Shown piece after piece: positions 1 to 16,009 of a DNA stretch of 64,000 bases (its first letter is position 1; every line of letters begins with the position of its first letter). Under the pieces are notes generated by a model. It did not search any database, had not been told where the DNA came from, and saw only the letters and a program-made list of their open reading frames with translations. Both the position numbers and the translations under genes were made by a program. The stretch is from Trichinella spiralis (Eukaryota), in the NCBI RefSeq assembly GCF_000181795.1, contig NW_003526945.1, positions 5,247,094 through 5,311,093 of the forward strand. The letters are read 5' to 3'.

Positions 1-1589
1 GTTCTCACGACCTTACGGTTTACTTCGCCTCAGTCAAGTGGTAATTCAATTTTCTTCTTCAATTTTACATTTCTCCTGCGCTCATTTTCATTTGCAAATT
101 TATTATTTCTGAATTGCAAATGCATGACATGTAAAGTTTGACTTGTTTTTTTCTTTTGTTATTATTTTCCAAATGACAATTTATAAATAATTAAGTAATC
201 AATACGTTCACCAGTCGTCACTTTGATCATTTTAATTTGAACAGGAAACTTCTAATCTGTCAATTTATTTTTGTTTTATTTTATTTTTATTACTCTTTTT
301 ATTATTATTATTCATATCCAAATGCCAATTATTCGCCAACTTTGCCTGTTAAATTAGCATTAGCATTGTTTCGGGTCAGTGTGATTGTTTGTTCGCTTGT
401 TTTCCACAACGACAACGATGATGATTAAGCGTTGTTGTATCAATGACCGGTTTTCACATCAAAGCATGAATGTTTCGCAAAATCGGGCCGCTCCTCTCAT
501 GGCAAACTGTACCGGTTTGTTTTCCACTTTCAGTTTCACTTTCAAATCGATACAGTAGGAAAGTTAAATTAAAAAAAATACGATCCATTTTTTTTGTGCA
601 GTTTTGAAAATTTGCAAATGTTGGAAATTGCTTGGGAATCAGCAATTGGAATGTACGTTGAATGTTGTTGTTGTTTTTTTTTTTTGATTTTCAATTTTCC
701 ATCTCATGCTTATAAATTGTATTATTTATTGTGACGAGTTTGAAATTTCTCGATCACCTATTGACAACAATTGCGAACAATCGTAGTAAAATTTCGAACA
801 AATATTTACTTTGATCAACCACTGACAAAAGTGGCGAATAAGCCATTAAAAGTAGAAATTAAATTTAGCACTGCACGTGCATGGACGGGGTTGTTTGCGT
901 TTTGTTGAATCACACTTGTTTATTTTTGGTTGTTGTATACATGCGTGGGGTGGAGCGCAGGAGTTGGAAACTCATCGGCTTGTTGTTGTGAAAAAAAATT
1001 TGCTTTTTCTTTTTTTAGATTCTTTGTTTACTTATTGTAATATGCATCAGTGTGGCCGACTATTCTCTAGCCGGAACCGCGTTTGTGTGGTTCACGAGCG
1101 TTTCGTCGTTGATCAGCTCTGCAATCATTCTCTTCCTCTATGTGGTGCACTTCAACGAGACGGAAATGTTCGTTCGTGTGCCATGGTTTATGGCTGTACG
1201 ATGAGCATAATTGAATTTTCTTCACCATATATATATATAAATATGTATGCATATGTAGGAATTTGTGGTTTGCTGTTTCTGGTGTCTGTTCCACGCAATT
1301 TCTGGAATAATTTCCGCCGTAAACGCTGCCAACTGTGTCCGTTGCCTTGGAAACGTCAATTCTTGCTTCGGAGCGGCTGCTGTGAGAGCTTTTTTTCACT
1401 GAAGATGATGCAAATCTTTTTTTTCCCTTAAATTTAATATTCTATTTTTAGTTTTTCTGTTTTGCCGCAGCAATCGCTTTCGGCTTGTGCGCCTATTACC
1501 TGTACGGCGGTTGGCGACTGAACGTCACAACTAGTAACGTCCAACAGCAACGTACTGTAACAATCACAACTACCACTAGCCGTTACTGA
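1..1589 (+). CDS. MARVEL-domain four-TM protein (CMTM/plasmolipin-like), 5'-partial
   Basis: Stitched exons <1..40, 1019..1195, 1259..1381, 1452..1589 with GT-AG introns, all phase 0. Translation: FSRPYGLLRLSQV|ILCLLIVICISVADYSLAGTAFVWFTSVSSLISSAIILFLYVVHF...VPWFMA|EFVVCCFWCLFHAISGIISA...FGAAA|FFCFAAAIAFGLCAYYLYGGWR...*. Four hydrophobic helices with the GLLR..Q/EV, PW...E and AAAFFxF patterns typical of MARVEL domains. Confidence 0.85.
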
Positions 1590-3545
1590 CCGACGCCATG
1601 GAGAAACAAATAACAAACCTGATGCAATATTCAAATAAAAAATTAATAATAATAATTGCCAATATTATTATTTGAGTATTTTTTGGTCGCTTGTTTTTTT
1701 TTATTTTTCTTTTTTTCATTTCAAGTCGTTCGATATAAATTATCGTTTTTCACATATAGTGTTCGCTCAGCAAAAGAAAAATCCTTCTTCACGTTTCTAT
1801 ACATTTTGTTTGGTGAAGGATTTGCATTTCTCACTCTTTAGCTGTACGTTTGTTTGTTCCAATCTTCACATTATTTTTCTTTATTATCATCGATGATTAT
1901 TATTATATTGTATTATTTGAGAACGTTCGTTTTCTTGTTCGAATCGTTCTAGCAAGAATAATATGTGTGGCCTTTGCTTTTATTTTCAAATTACCCTATT
2001 ACTGCTCATTCAATTTTGCGTGACAATGTGCTCCCATACATCTGATTATTTGAATAATAAACGTTTCGTCAGTCCTGTCTACTAGTGTCATGAATTTGAT
2101 GGGCAATTTCAACATTACAATGCATCGTTGTTGCGATTCGATTTCAAAATTGAAAAAAGAAAACATAAAAGCCAAATTTTTTCTCTGTGTTTGCCAACAA
2201 ATTCGAAACTTTCACTTGGATAAAAAAAAGCAGTTGCTGAAAGGCATTTTTGATCATTTTTCTGATACAATTTTTTTTGTTGAAAATATTGAAATTTATT
2301 GAAACAAATTTCCAGTTGATGTTTTTTTTTCATTTTTCACAATCGACTTATCTCTGACAATGTTAAAATATGAGTGTTGTTTCATTTTTGCAGAGATAGC
2401 CGGCGCTTGAAAAGCGAACTGGTATTTTGATTGCTTTTATAGTTTCAATTTGAAACGTTGAAAAAAGAAACAAATATTTAATAACTTTCAAACGATGCTG
2501 TTTATCATTGGAGGGGATTGAATTATTATCATCATTCATTTCCCCCCAAGCGATTCGAAAAGCGTTCAAGTTGTAAAAAGCAACCCGCCGTCATTAATCT
2601 GTTCAATTGTTTCCCCCAATTCTGGGGTGTGTTCGAAGGATCGACCTTCGAAAACAGCGGCGTCGATCAATTTTCAAACCCTCAGCGGCGGGGCGTATTT
2701 CTCTCACTGAAGCCATCCAATCCGGGCATAAGAAACAAACAACCCCCAAACTGCTTCAACCCCAGTTGATCGAAAAACATCCAGCAACAACTGGTCACAA
2801 TAAACAAAAAACGGCATGTGTTTTTTTCCGCAACGCTGAACAATTTCTAAAATTCATTCACGATCTGCCTGCCAGTTGTTGGAAAATTGGGAATTTTCAT
2901 CCCATAATACTTCCACCATGCAAAACAACAACACGTCATCACGAAATTACTGTAGAATGGATGAAAGAGAAAAACCACCACAAAAAACCACAATAAAATT
3001 TAAAACAAATATCATAATTCATATATTGAAATGAATTTATTTGATAATATTGTTGAAAATGAATTTTTCACTCTGCAAACAACGCTGATTAATTGTCCCG
3101 AAGTAGGTCATCTTTACCAATTCCATTATTTCACGCTCAGTCAGTGTGAATTATCAAAAAAATAACACAATTAATTATTTGCTTTGTATTTTTTTTCGTT
3201 TTGAAAATAAAAATGCTCAATTTGGAATATACTAAAAACCTACAGTATGACAATTGTCACAACTAATTTACTTTGTAATTCTGGCGTTAAAATTCATTTA
3301 ATGCATTTAAAATGCCTAAAAATATTAAAATGTATATAATTAATTGAGAAATTTTCAAATATTGTGGCATTTTTAATTGTAAGATTGAGAACAAGAAAAT
3401 AACGGTGACCTACAAAAATATTCTACTTGCTTTGCCGTTTCTTGCTTCACCCCATCAGTGTGTGTGGTGAGCGATGCCGCGCGCGCACGCGCTTTCTTGA
3501 CTAGGTCGGCGGTTGTAGTAGTAGTGAAATAGTGGTTCAACGCGA

Positions 3546-6443
3546 ATGTTGTTGGTCAGTTTTTGCCAAATTTTGGTAACTTGTGCCGTGGTGCTGAAAG
3601 CCCCAGTAGCCGGTGGTTTGGTTTTGGAACCACGGGCCAGACGTTTGGTTGGTGCCGAAGTCCGTCCAGATTTTAACACCTTATCTTCCGAGCGACATGA
3701 TTTGCGCTGTCTGTTGCCCGGACGTTCTGGACGGTTTTTGGAACGAAAGTTCCCTTCGGCAAAGTATGTTTGGTATTTGAATGGCCAGCCGATCCGTGGA
3801 AGTGTCACCAACAAGCTGCAAGTGCAGATGAAAGCGGAAGAAGCGGCCAACTCGCCGTGGTTGAAACGTTTCTATCACTGTGCGGTTCATCTGAAGCCGG
3901 AATTTGTCATTCTAAGCGCAAATTATTCACTCCGGCAGCCGAGTCTACTGGTAGAAAAGCAGAATTCGAGAAGACCGGTGATCATCCGGCCGGGCAGCAT
4001 CGCGTTCGTTCCCTGTCCGTTGTTTCGCTCTGAGCCGAAGCCGGTGGACGTGTTTTTTGTGGTCAATAACACCCGTCGACTCGACGTCGACAACAGCGGT
4101 CGGTATTTCGTTTCTGAAATCGGCTTGCAAATTGCCGACGTTGGTCCACAAGACCAAGGACTCTACCAGTGCGTGGTTAGGAACGCGCGGAGTGGCCAGT
4201 CGTTTCGTGGTCATCCCGTTCCTGTGCACTTGTCCACGTCCCCGGCGACGACCCAGGCGGCGCTGCTGTATCCGCCGGCCGGCGTTAGCTTGGTGCGCGC
4301 GCGGTTCGGCGACAACGTCACGCTGCAGTGCGTCATCGGCAGCGTTGCGGCGAGTCGGATCGTCTGGGTCAAATTAAACGACAACTTGCGAAAACTAGCC
4401 GGTGTTCGAACCAGGCTGGGCAATTTGCTTTTGTCCAACGTCAGCCGCGCCCATCACGGCTCTTACGTTTGTCGATCCGGACAAGCTTCCGCCTCGTACG
4501 CTCTGCAGGTCCAGTCTCCGCTGTTCGTTCGCCTGCGTCTGATGGCTAGTCGATTCGAAGATGGCTCGTGGCTGTCGGACTTAGTGTGCGACACCCACGG
4601 CGATCGTTCACCCACACTCAGCTGGTTTCACAACGGCCGGCCGTTGTTGGATGCCGACTCGATCACTGTGCACTGGTCGGTGCAACGTCGCGGCCGCAAT
4701 CCACGATGGACGGCGACCATAAGCTCGCCTCCCCCGCCCGGTGTTTACCAATGTGTGGCCACGTCTGGCGACGAATCCACTACGGACTCGATTTACGTGT
4801 CCGAGTGGCCGAGTACGACACGACGTCGTTCTGCCACAAACGCCCACTGGTCGAAGCTGATCCGAGTCGGTCCAACGAACACTACAGTGAAGTTGAACTC
4901 GACAACGTTCCTGCTTTGCCAGCTCCACTCGCCGGGCGCGACCGTTTCTTGGCGGCACAACGATACCGAGCTGAAGCTCGACTCGAGGAGGTCGTTAGTC
5001 GGCTACGGCTCGTTGCAGATCCGCCAGTTTGACTACATCGACCAGGGTTGGTACGTGTGCGAAGCATCCGACGGCCGGTGGAACGTGACCAGTGAAGCGG
5101 CCTTTGTTGATGTTGAAGACTTGACGACGTGGTCGATTCGCCGCCCGCTAATGCTGGACAACACCTACGATGCCACTGTCAACAACCATTCTGGAGAAAT
5201 TCCGAAGATGCCGTTGAAGTTGGCACCCCCGCAAGCGGTTCGGTTGGATAACACGTCGGTGCTGTTGCGTTGGGAATTGCCGGCCAAGTTGCCCGACCGT
5301 CCATGGCTGTTCAGAATCCAGCTGCGCAAGATGGCCGATGGTTACGATTGGGAAACGTTGGACGCCGAAGTGCCGGGCTACACCAACAGCTACGTGGTCG
5401 AACGTCTTCAACCGAGCGCTTCCTACCGCTTTCGTTATGCGGTCATTTTTCGCAACCGCTATCAGGAGACAAGCGCCAAATCGAAGCGAGTGACCATGAG
5501 CCCGGAGGACGACGGCCGTCGCATCGAACGTCCCTATTTGGCTCCCGAATTGATGACCGCCGTGTCGAAGTGGCCCGACGCGATTCAGCTGAAGTGGGAA
5601 CAACCGTTCGGCGACGATGCTGCAGCATCACCCGTGGACGGCTATTTGGTTAGTTACAGGCAAGTGTACGCGGACAAGCCGCTTCGATTTCAGAACGAGA
5701 CCGTAGTGGGCGCGTCAACTCGCGAACACATGATCGATCGCCTGTTGCCGGCCACTCCGTACGAAGTGAAACTGGCAGCTTACAATTCGGCCGGCTTGTC
5801 GGCATTTTCCAACACACTGTTTGCTAGTACTTTGACGCTCGATGGCAAGCCGTCGTCAGTGGACTTTTTCGCCACTGACTCGCCACCACCATCCGTCGTC
5901 GGGCAGTCGAGTCGCAAGTCAGTCAGCAGCAACAAAGACAGCCGCAGCAGCATCGTGGCCCCCACCAAGCCTAACATAAATAGCGGTGCTACTATACTGC
6001 GTATTGCTGGGTTGACCATGGCGGCTGTTGTAGTATGCAATGTTCTTGTCGGCTTGGGGATTTGGTTGGTGAAACGCCTTGTCCGCGAGCGGGCAAGTGT
6101 TCGTCGCCTGCGAACCGATCGTCGTACGTTTGCCGACACGTCCAGAAGCATTTTCAAAGAGACCCACGGCCGCCGCCAGCCGCAGAACCAAGAGCAACAC
6201 TATTCTCATCCAGCTTCTAACGCAGCTGATGAAGAAGAGCGTTGTTCTGGCAGTAATATCCATCCGAGTTCTGCCTGTACAACTTCTTCGGTCGCCAAGC
6301 AGCAGCAGCAGCAGTCGACTCGTTCCAGGCACTACCACAACCATTATTATTGCCGTTCTACGGAAATTGTCGTCGCGCAACCGGTGCCTGAATACGATCC
6401 CCTGTTGTCCAAGAAGGATACGCGGAAGAGAGCATCGCTGTGA
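3546..6443 (+). CDS. Ihog/Boi/CDON/BOC-like type I membrane receptor (signal peptide, ~5 Ig, 2 FN3, TM, short tail), single exon
   Basis: 965-aa ORF with a hydrophobic N-terminus and Ig Cys/Trp motifs (WYLNG..YHC, DQGLYQC, GSYVC, WFHNG..GVYQC, DQGWYVC). Two FN3 domains (PPQAVRLDNTSVLLRW...LQPSASYRFR; PEL...IQLKW...DGYLVSYR...LLPATPYEVKLAAYNSAGLSAFS) resemble the Ihog FN3 pair. TM segment IAGLTMAAVVVCNVLVGLGIWLV is followed by basic residues. Confidence 0.8.
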   Translation: MLLVSFCQILVTCAVVLKAPVAGGLVLEPRARRLVGAEVRPDFNTLSSERHDLRCLLPGRSGRFLERKFPSAKYVWYLNGQPIRGSVTNKLQVQMKAEEAANSPWLKRFYHCAVHLKPEFVILSANYSLRQPSLLVEKQNSRRPVIIRPGSIAFVPCPLFRSEPKPVDVFFVVNNTRRLDVDNSGRYFVSEIGLQIADVGPQDQGLYQCVVRNARSGQSFRGHPVPVHLSTSPATTQAALLYPPAGVSLVRARFGDNVTLQCVIGSVAASRIVWVKLNDNLRKLAGVRTRLGNLLLSNVSRAHHGSYVCRSGQASASYALQVQSPLFVRLRLMASRFEDGSWLSDLVCDTHGDRSPTLSWFHNGRPLLDADSITVHWSVQRRGRNPRWTATISSPPPPGVYQCVATSGDESTTDSIYVSEWPSTTRRRSATNAHWSKLIRVGPTNTTVKLNSTTFLLCQLHSPGATVSWRHNDTELKLDSRRSLVGYGSLQIRQFDYIDQGWYVCEASDGRWNVTSEAAFVDVEDLTTWSIRRPLMLDNTYDATVNNHSGEIPKMPLKLAPPQAVRLDNTSVLLRWELPAKLPDRPWLFRIQLRKMADGYDWETLDAEVPGYTNSYVVERLQPSASYRFRYAVIFRNRYQETSAKSKRVTMSPEDDGRRIERPYLAPELMTAVSKWPDAIQLKWEQPFGDDAAASPVDGYLVSYRQVYADKPLRFQNETVVGASTREHMIDRLLPATPYEVKLAAYNSAGLSAFSNTLFASTLTLDGKPSSVDFFATDSPPPSVVGQSSRKSVSSNKDSRSSIVAPTKPNINSGATILRIAGLTMAAVVVCNVLVGLGIWLVKRLVRERASVRRLRTDRRTFADTSRSIFKETHGRRQPQNQEQHYSHPASNAADEEERCSGSNIHPSSACTTSSVAKQQQQQSTRSRHYHNHYYCRSTEIVVAQPVPEYDPLLSKKDTRKRASL

Positions 6444-7370
6444 ACAAAAAAAAACAAGAGTAAAAAAAAACCCCAAAAAAATTGAAAAAATTTGAAAAGC
6501 CAAAAAAAAAGAAGAAGAAAAGAAAAGTGAAGAAAAAAGAAAAGACAAAAAAAAGGGTGACAAAAAATTTCTCATTCACCCCTCCCCCATATTGCTAATC
6601 AGTGTCAGGTTCCTTCAAATCAATATACCAATATTAATATAAGGTGATGAATATTAATATATATATATATGTAAGACCTTTTTAAAAATGAATATATAAA
6701 ATGGTTTTTAAATGATATATTTAAGTGAATTTTTAAATGGATATGTACATATAAACATATATATATATACCACCACGATTATGTGTTTATATGTATATGA
6801 GTAATTTTTAGTTAAAATTTTTTTAAATGATATATTTAAGTGAATTTTTGTAAATGTATATGTACATATAAACATATCGGCATGTACCACCAAAATTGTG
6901 TGTTTATATGTATATGTTGAGTAATATCAATCCATCTATTGGTAGAGTAAATGATGCATCAAGAAATGATTGTTTTTTATTTGCTGTTTTCAGAAAAAAA
7001 TTTGCTTTTGAAAAAATTCTTTTCATACGTTTTTGCAAATCAGTCAATTCATTCGATGAATCAGGTTAATTTTAAAATTGCATTTTGATAACTATTTATG
7101 ACTGAAGTGACGAGAATGCAATTTGTCAACGGGCGACACAGTTTGTCTGATCCGTTTTAATCGGATTCTTGCCAAATTAAGCTAATGTCAAATTTGGTTT
7201 TTTTTTTGAATATCATCAATATGAGTGTTGACTGTTGAACATATTCGACCTGTTGACCTTTAACAGATGAATAGTGCGTACACGGAATGCGCCCGTTACG
7301 GTCAGGCGTGGAATGTGCTATTCAATCAAATGTAGCTAGCTACTTGACCGTGACATTGTCCACGAGTACA

Positions 7371-7402
7371 ACTGTACTGTACTGTACTGTATTGTACTGT
7401 AC
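7371..7402. repeat. (ACTGT)n pentanucleotide microsatellite
   Basis: actgtactgtactgtactgtattgtactgtac. Confidence 0.85.
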
Positions 7403-8288
7403 AAGTGTGACGTTTTTAATTGCTCTGCGCCGAGAAGACAATAACTGACCAGCTTTTCAATACCTGCACTATGCAGGAAGACTAAAACAAAGTATTTGGA
7501 AAAAAAAAGTAATCACAACTGGATAGGATCATTTCATGCAACTTCCATTGTCTTGCTGGTTTGTTGCAGGTGACGTTTACCAAAAATACAAGAACATATC
7601 ACTGATGACCAACCTCAGTTGTCAATAATATATATGTAAAAATTGATCAATTTTGGTTGAACATTTTTCTGTTCAACTTAATGTTCGTAATCAATTCATT
7701 GCACGTACAACAACTAGACAGATAAAAAGATGGGCAGATGAAATTTATCCAGTAATCTTGAAAATAAATCAAATATGATTCTTTTCTTTGTTCACTTTAT
7801 TCGGTGAATGAATAATTAATCTACTGATTTTTCATGTTTTATTGAACAATTGATTTTTCAACATTTTAACAATCATTCACAAATTTTATGCAAATTCAAC
7901 AAAAAACGCAGGTACAAACTACAGTAGGACTGAATTGCTCACGTTGAAACTTTGTTTAGAAAAAAATAGTCCAATTATGGTCAGTTTATTATTATTTTTC
8001 AAAATTTACTTTAAATTCAATACATATATGCATAATTTGTTGTTGAAAACTTTTTATACTTGTTGTAGCAATTTACTGTATGTTTAATTTCTACGTCAAC
8101 TTGTAAAAATAGGCAGTATGATCATTGGGCAATTTTAGAACGTAAGTTATTAATAAATCGGGTTGAATTTGATATTTATCATTTTTTTATTTTTGTTTTT
8201 ATTTTTTCATTCAATAATTATTGTCCAGATTGTTAATTTCAATTTTTAAGCGTTTCAGCAGCGAACGGCGGTGAAACAGCGACGGCAA

Positions 8289-12022
<3,734 letters not shown>

Positions 12023-13696
12023 ATCAGTATTGTTTGCTTTTTTTCCTTCATACATTTGTGACAGGTGTTTAAAGACTAAGATAAAAATACAAACTGAGAA
12101 TTGAATTTATGATTTTATAATTGTGAAATAAGAAACATTTCTGGGAAATATCAGCTTTGTTCTATATATGATCCTGTTTGCATGCGTGCACAAATATATT
12201 CCTTCATACACCAATATCCTGCTTAACGCGCTCATGATGCGTTCCTGAATAAGAACGTTAAACGGGATCGTGTCGTTATGGTATGTGTTCAGAGTGCATC
12301 CTTTTCGATGAAAGTCAGAATAATACATACATATGGCAAAAATTTGTTCGAATTTTTTTTTATTAAAGATATGTTTTTCACATGCTTTATTGATCATAAT
12401 TATTGGTAGTGATCAAGTACCGGGCTTTGATGACCTCAAGCCTTTGTTGCTTATTAACTTAAAGCGTCAACAGTTAATTGTTTTTTCTTAAATTTTATCC
12501 CACCAAGAATTTCCTCATAGCAAGAAATCATTTCAAGAATACCCCCCCCCCCCCAACTATGACAAGATATATAAAATCCAACAGAATACGAGTAGTTCAA
12601 GCCAATTACCATGAATGACTGTCACACTGACTGATCGAATATATCCGATAAGTCAAATGACAAGAGAGTTGCTGACGAGTGAGTAAAAATGAGTCACATG
12701 AAGCAGCGTTAAGCGGATTGAATGTATGTGTGTGTATTTACTCTGTTTGCTAACGGAAATGTAGAATATCAGTTCGTTAGAAATTTATTCGGTTGACGTA
12801 TCTATTTTATCGTATGAATTTATTATTTAAATTAGTTTATTATTTGCGAAGCATATTTCTTTTGTTGGTCAATTGCATTGGACAGAAACGTAATTGGAAC
12901 GAAATTGATAGCACTGATCGCATGACTTAATTAATTAATTATTAATCGACTAATTGAAGCGTATCACGAACATTCAAATTATAAAATTTTGATTTTATCG
13001 AAATACGTTATTATTTAGCAGTATAAATTTATTGAAGTATCATCTGTTTGTTTGACTGTCTCATCTCGACAGCAGAATCAGTTTATTTATGTGAAACTTT
13101 CCCGTTTTGTTGAATTACATTTTCATAATTGTTAACTTATTTAATATGATGATGCTTGTAATTTAATTATTAAGATTCAAATGGGTTTCATATGAAGGTA
13201 AGCAACTCTTTTCTGGTTAATGAATTGTGAAATAATGAATAAACCATAAAATCATCATATATATTGCACGTCATAATTGAAAGCACATTTTTCTAGCACA
13301 ACATATATATATATATATATATTAGTTTAATCGAATTTAAAGAAAGCCTAATTACAAAATGTAAAAGTTTTTTTTCAGAAAATCTTTATTCCAAATAGCC
13401 TGTTTTAAAAGCATGAAAATGCAACCTTTCAATTCGTCAGTCTCAAAGAATCAATCTTACTTTGTTCCTATGGTAACTTGATTTAGTTTTGCGAACTTAG
13501 CGCATCATTGAGCTTCAGGATACGTGATAAATTGCATTTCATTCCAACTTGAAGTTCACTGCCCATCAGCCTCAGCTGGAACAAACTGCATCTTTCTTTC
13601 ATTTATTAAATTCTAATGATAGAATTCTTATTAATTTAATAAGTACTTTTCTTTTACTTTTTTCTTTTACTGTTCTCGTTAAACATCTTCTCATCG

Positions 13697-13698
<2 letters not shown>

Positions 13699-13739
<41 letters not shown>
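13699..13739. repeat. (TA)n microsatellite
   Basis: About 20 uninterrupted TA units. Confidence 0.9.
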
Positions 13740-13744
<5 letters not shown>

Positions 13745-13869
13745 GAATTTTAATTAACAATCAAAGTAAAGTTGTTGCTCGATGTTCAGAAAATTGGTTT
13801 CTACACATGTGTATGGAATAGAAAAGAATACTTTTCATGTGTTAATTAGTTGAAAGTATCATTTTATAG

Positions 13870-14691
13870 TAAGTTGTCAAAATTTAAAAGTAAGAATTGT
13901 CCATCTGTTGGTGAACCTGCTCCAAATTTTTCCACCTTGGCGGTAGTTGATGAGCGCATCGTCAATATCAAACTGACAGACTACCGAGGTAGCTATTTGG
14001 TACTTTTCTTCTATCCGAGAGATTTGTAAGTATATTAATTAATATGAAATTGCTTTTTTTTCAACAGATTTTTCTTGGTTTTTTTATTTCAGTGATTCAA
14101 GTTGTTCAAGTGAAATTATCAATTTTCATGAAAATGTGGAAAATTTCCAAAAAATTGGTTGCAAAATTGCCGCTTGCTCAACTGATAGCGAATATTGTCA
14201 CCTTGCTTGGTTAAGAATTTTGCATCATTTTGTTTTGCAATTTATTGCTGTTATTAATTGTGAAATAGCAGGAAAACGACGAATATTATTTAGGATTCGG
14301 TCTTTAAGATGCGAAAATGGTCTTGGTAAATTAGATTTTCCTTTATTTGCTGATCCAGTGCACATCATTTCCAAGCTGTATGGTGTTTATCAGGAAGAGC
14401 AAGGCTTCAACTTGAGGTTGCAAATGTTTGTATAATTATTTATGTTTTAATTTAAAAAATTATTTCATTTTTATCAGAGCCGTTTTCATTATCGATAACA
14501 ATGGTATTCTCCGTCAAATGTGTATTAATGATATTCATGTTCATTGTTCAGTGGATGAAACTTTCCGCACAGTGCAGGCTTTGCAATTTGTAAACACCTC
14601 GAAAAAAGGCGAGCGAAACAAAAAAAAAATCATTCTATTCAGGCAGAAAATTATGGTTTTCTTTTTAGAAAATGAACATCGCTTGAAATGA
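13870..14691 (+). CDS. Peroxiredoxin (AhpC/Prx1 subfamily), atypical; start exon not identified
   Basis: Exons ~13870..14025, 14093..14209, 14294..14417, 14478..14691 give [15 protein letters not shown]...[27 protein letters not shown]...[13 protein letters not shown]...[13 protein letters not shown]...[31 protein letters not shown]...[14 protein letters not shown]. Confidence 0.85.
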
Positions 14692-16009
14692 AATGAATGA
14701 AGATATGAATATTAAAAATGTTGTAAATAGGTATATGCATATATATATATATATATATATATGTATACGTGTATTGCAGTTAAGAAGGAGAAGCTGTTTG
14801 GTTTTTTAAAAATACAATTATGTTCATGCCTTGTTGTGACTTTGAATTGATATGAAGATTTGAATGAGGAAATGGTTTCCATTCAAATGTTCCATTGCTG
14901 AATGTTTATTGCGTGTAATTTAATTGACAGTTTGTGCGATCATTGTATGCCAAATAAACTGTTTAAAGAAATGTTCACCGTGCATATGTTTTATAATAAT
15001 AATTTATCATAAACTACTTGAAACAAGAATAACAAATTCAATCAATGCATAAATTAGGGAATTTCGAATGACTTCAATGGCAATGAACGTTGTACCTGCT
15101 TTTTGTTAAACAAAGTAGTTTACTGTAAAATATTATTACTTGAATAATTAAAATCGAATGCTTTTACATTTCAAGCGTAAAGCGAAATACTTATTTGATT
15201 TTTACTGTGCATATTAAAAATATCAAATGCTCAGAAAAATTGATCGTATTTGTCGAGACTGTATGTAGCCATTTGTAATCTTGGAATCAACATTTCTAGT
15301 TCAGCTTCAGTTAATTTTATTTTCAACAATGCATCGCACTGAGTGAATTAGTTTTCGATTGATATGCAAATTTCGCAAGTTGGTCAAAGTTGAATTTTGT
15401 AAAAGCTTCTAATTGAAATAATGCTCGCAGTTGTAAATTATTTATGTAAAATAAAAATTTGTTCAAATTCAAAATGACACATCGATAAAATTACTGAAAT
15501 AAAATATATTAATTGTATTATATGATGCATTTTGTTACATTATGCATCGACTGTTAACATATTTGAACCTGAAGATATCTTATCTGTATATTGAGCATAT
15601 GTTGATGTTTTGCTTTTCCATTTTAATCTGTTTGTCGTTGGTGAGGTAAGTTTTTAAGCATATTTCTCTGCAATTTTTTAAATCATTTGCACCAAGTACG
15701 TCCTGTTTAGCAAATAAATAACTCAACTCACCTGAAGTAATGAGATGATCATTTGGTTATCAGAGCGCTTAATTTGTTCCCCTATTTTTATAATTACGAT
15801 TATGTTGAATTAAAAAAATTGATTTTTTTTCTAGATTTTAGTCAGTTCATTTTCCATTTCAAATAAGTTAACTTTTCGCATGCAATAATCGAACAGCTTT
15901 TATTTTTTTTGTTTACCTTAAGTTCAGTTGTTTGTTTGTTTGAGAATTTAAAAACCAGAAGAATGAATTAATTGTTAATATTTGTATTTATAGTTCTAAT
16001 TTGGCAGCA

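Noticed and set aside
877..1634. ORF-track calls 877..1431 (+), 1067..1399 (-), 1434..1634 (-)
   Set aside because: Wrong-frame or antisense shadows of the spliced MARVEL gene.
3455..6579. Numerous 60-218 aa ORFs overlapping the Ig/FN3 gene
   Set aside because: Expected by-products of a GC-rich CDS with few stops in other frames; no independent motifs.
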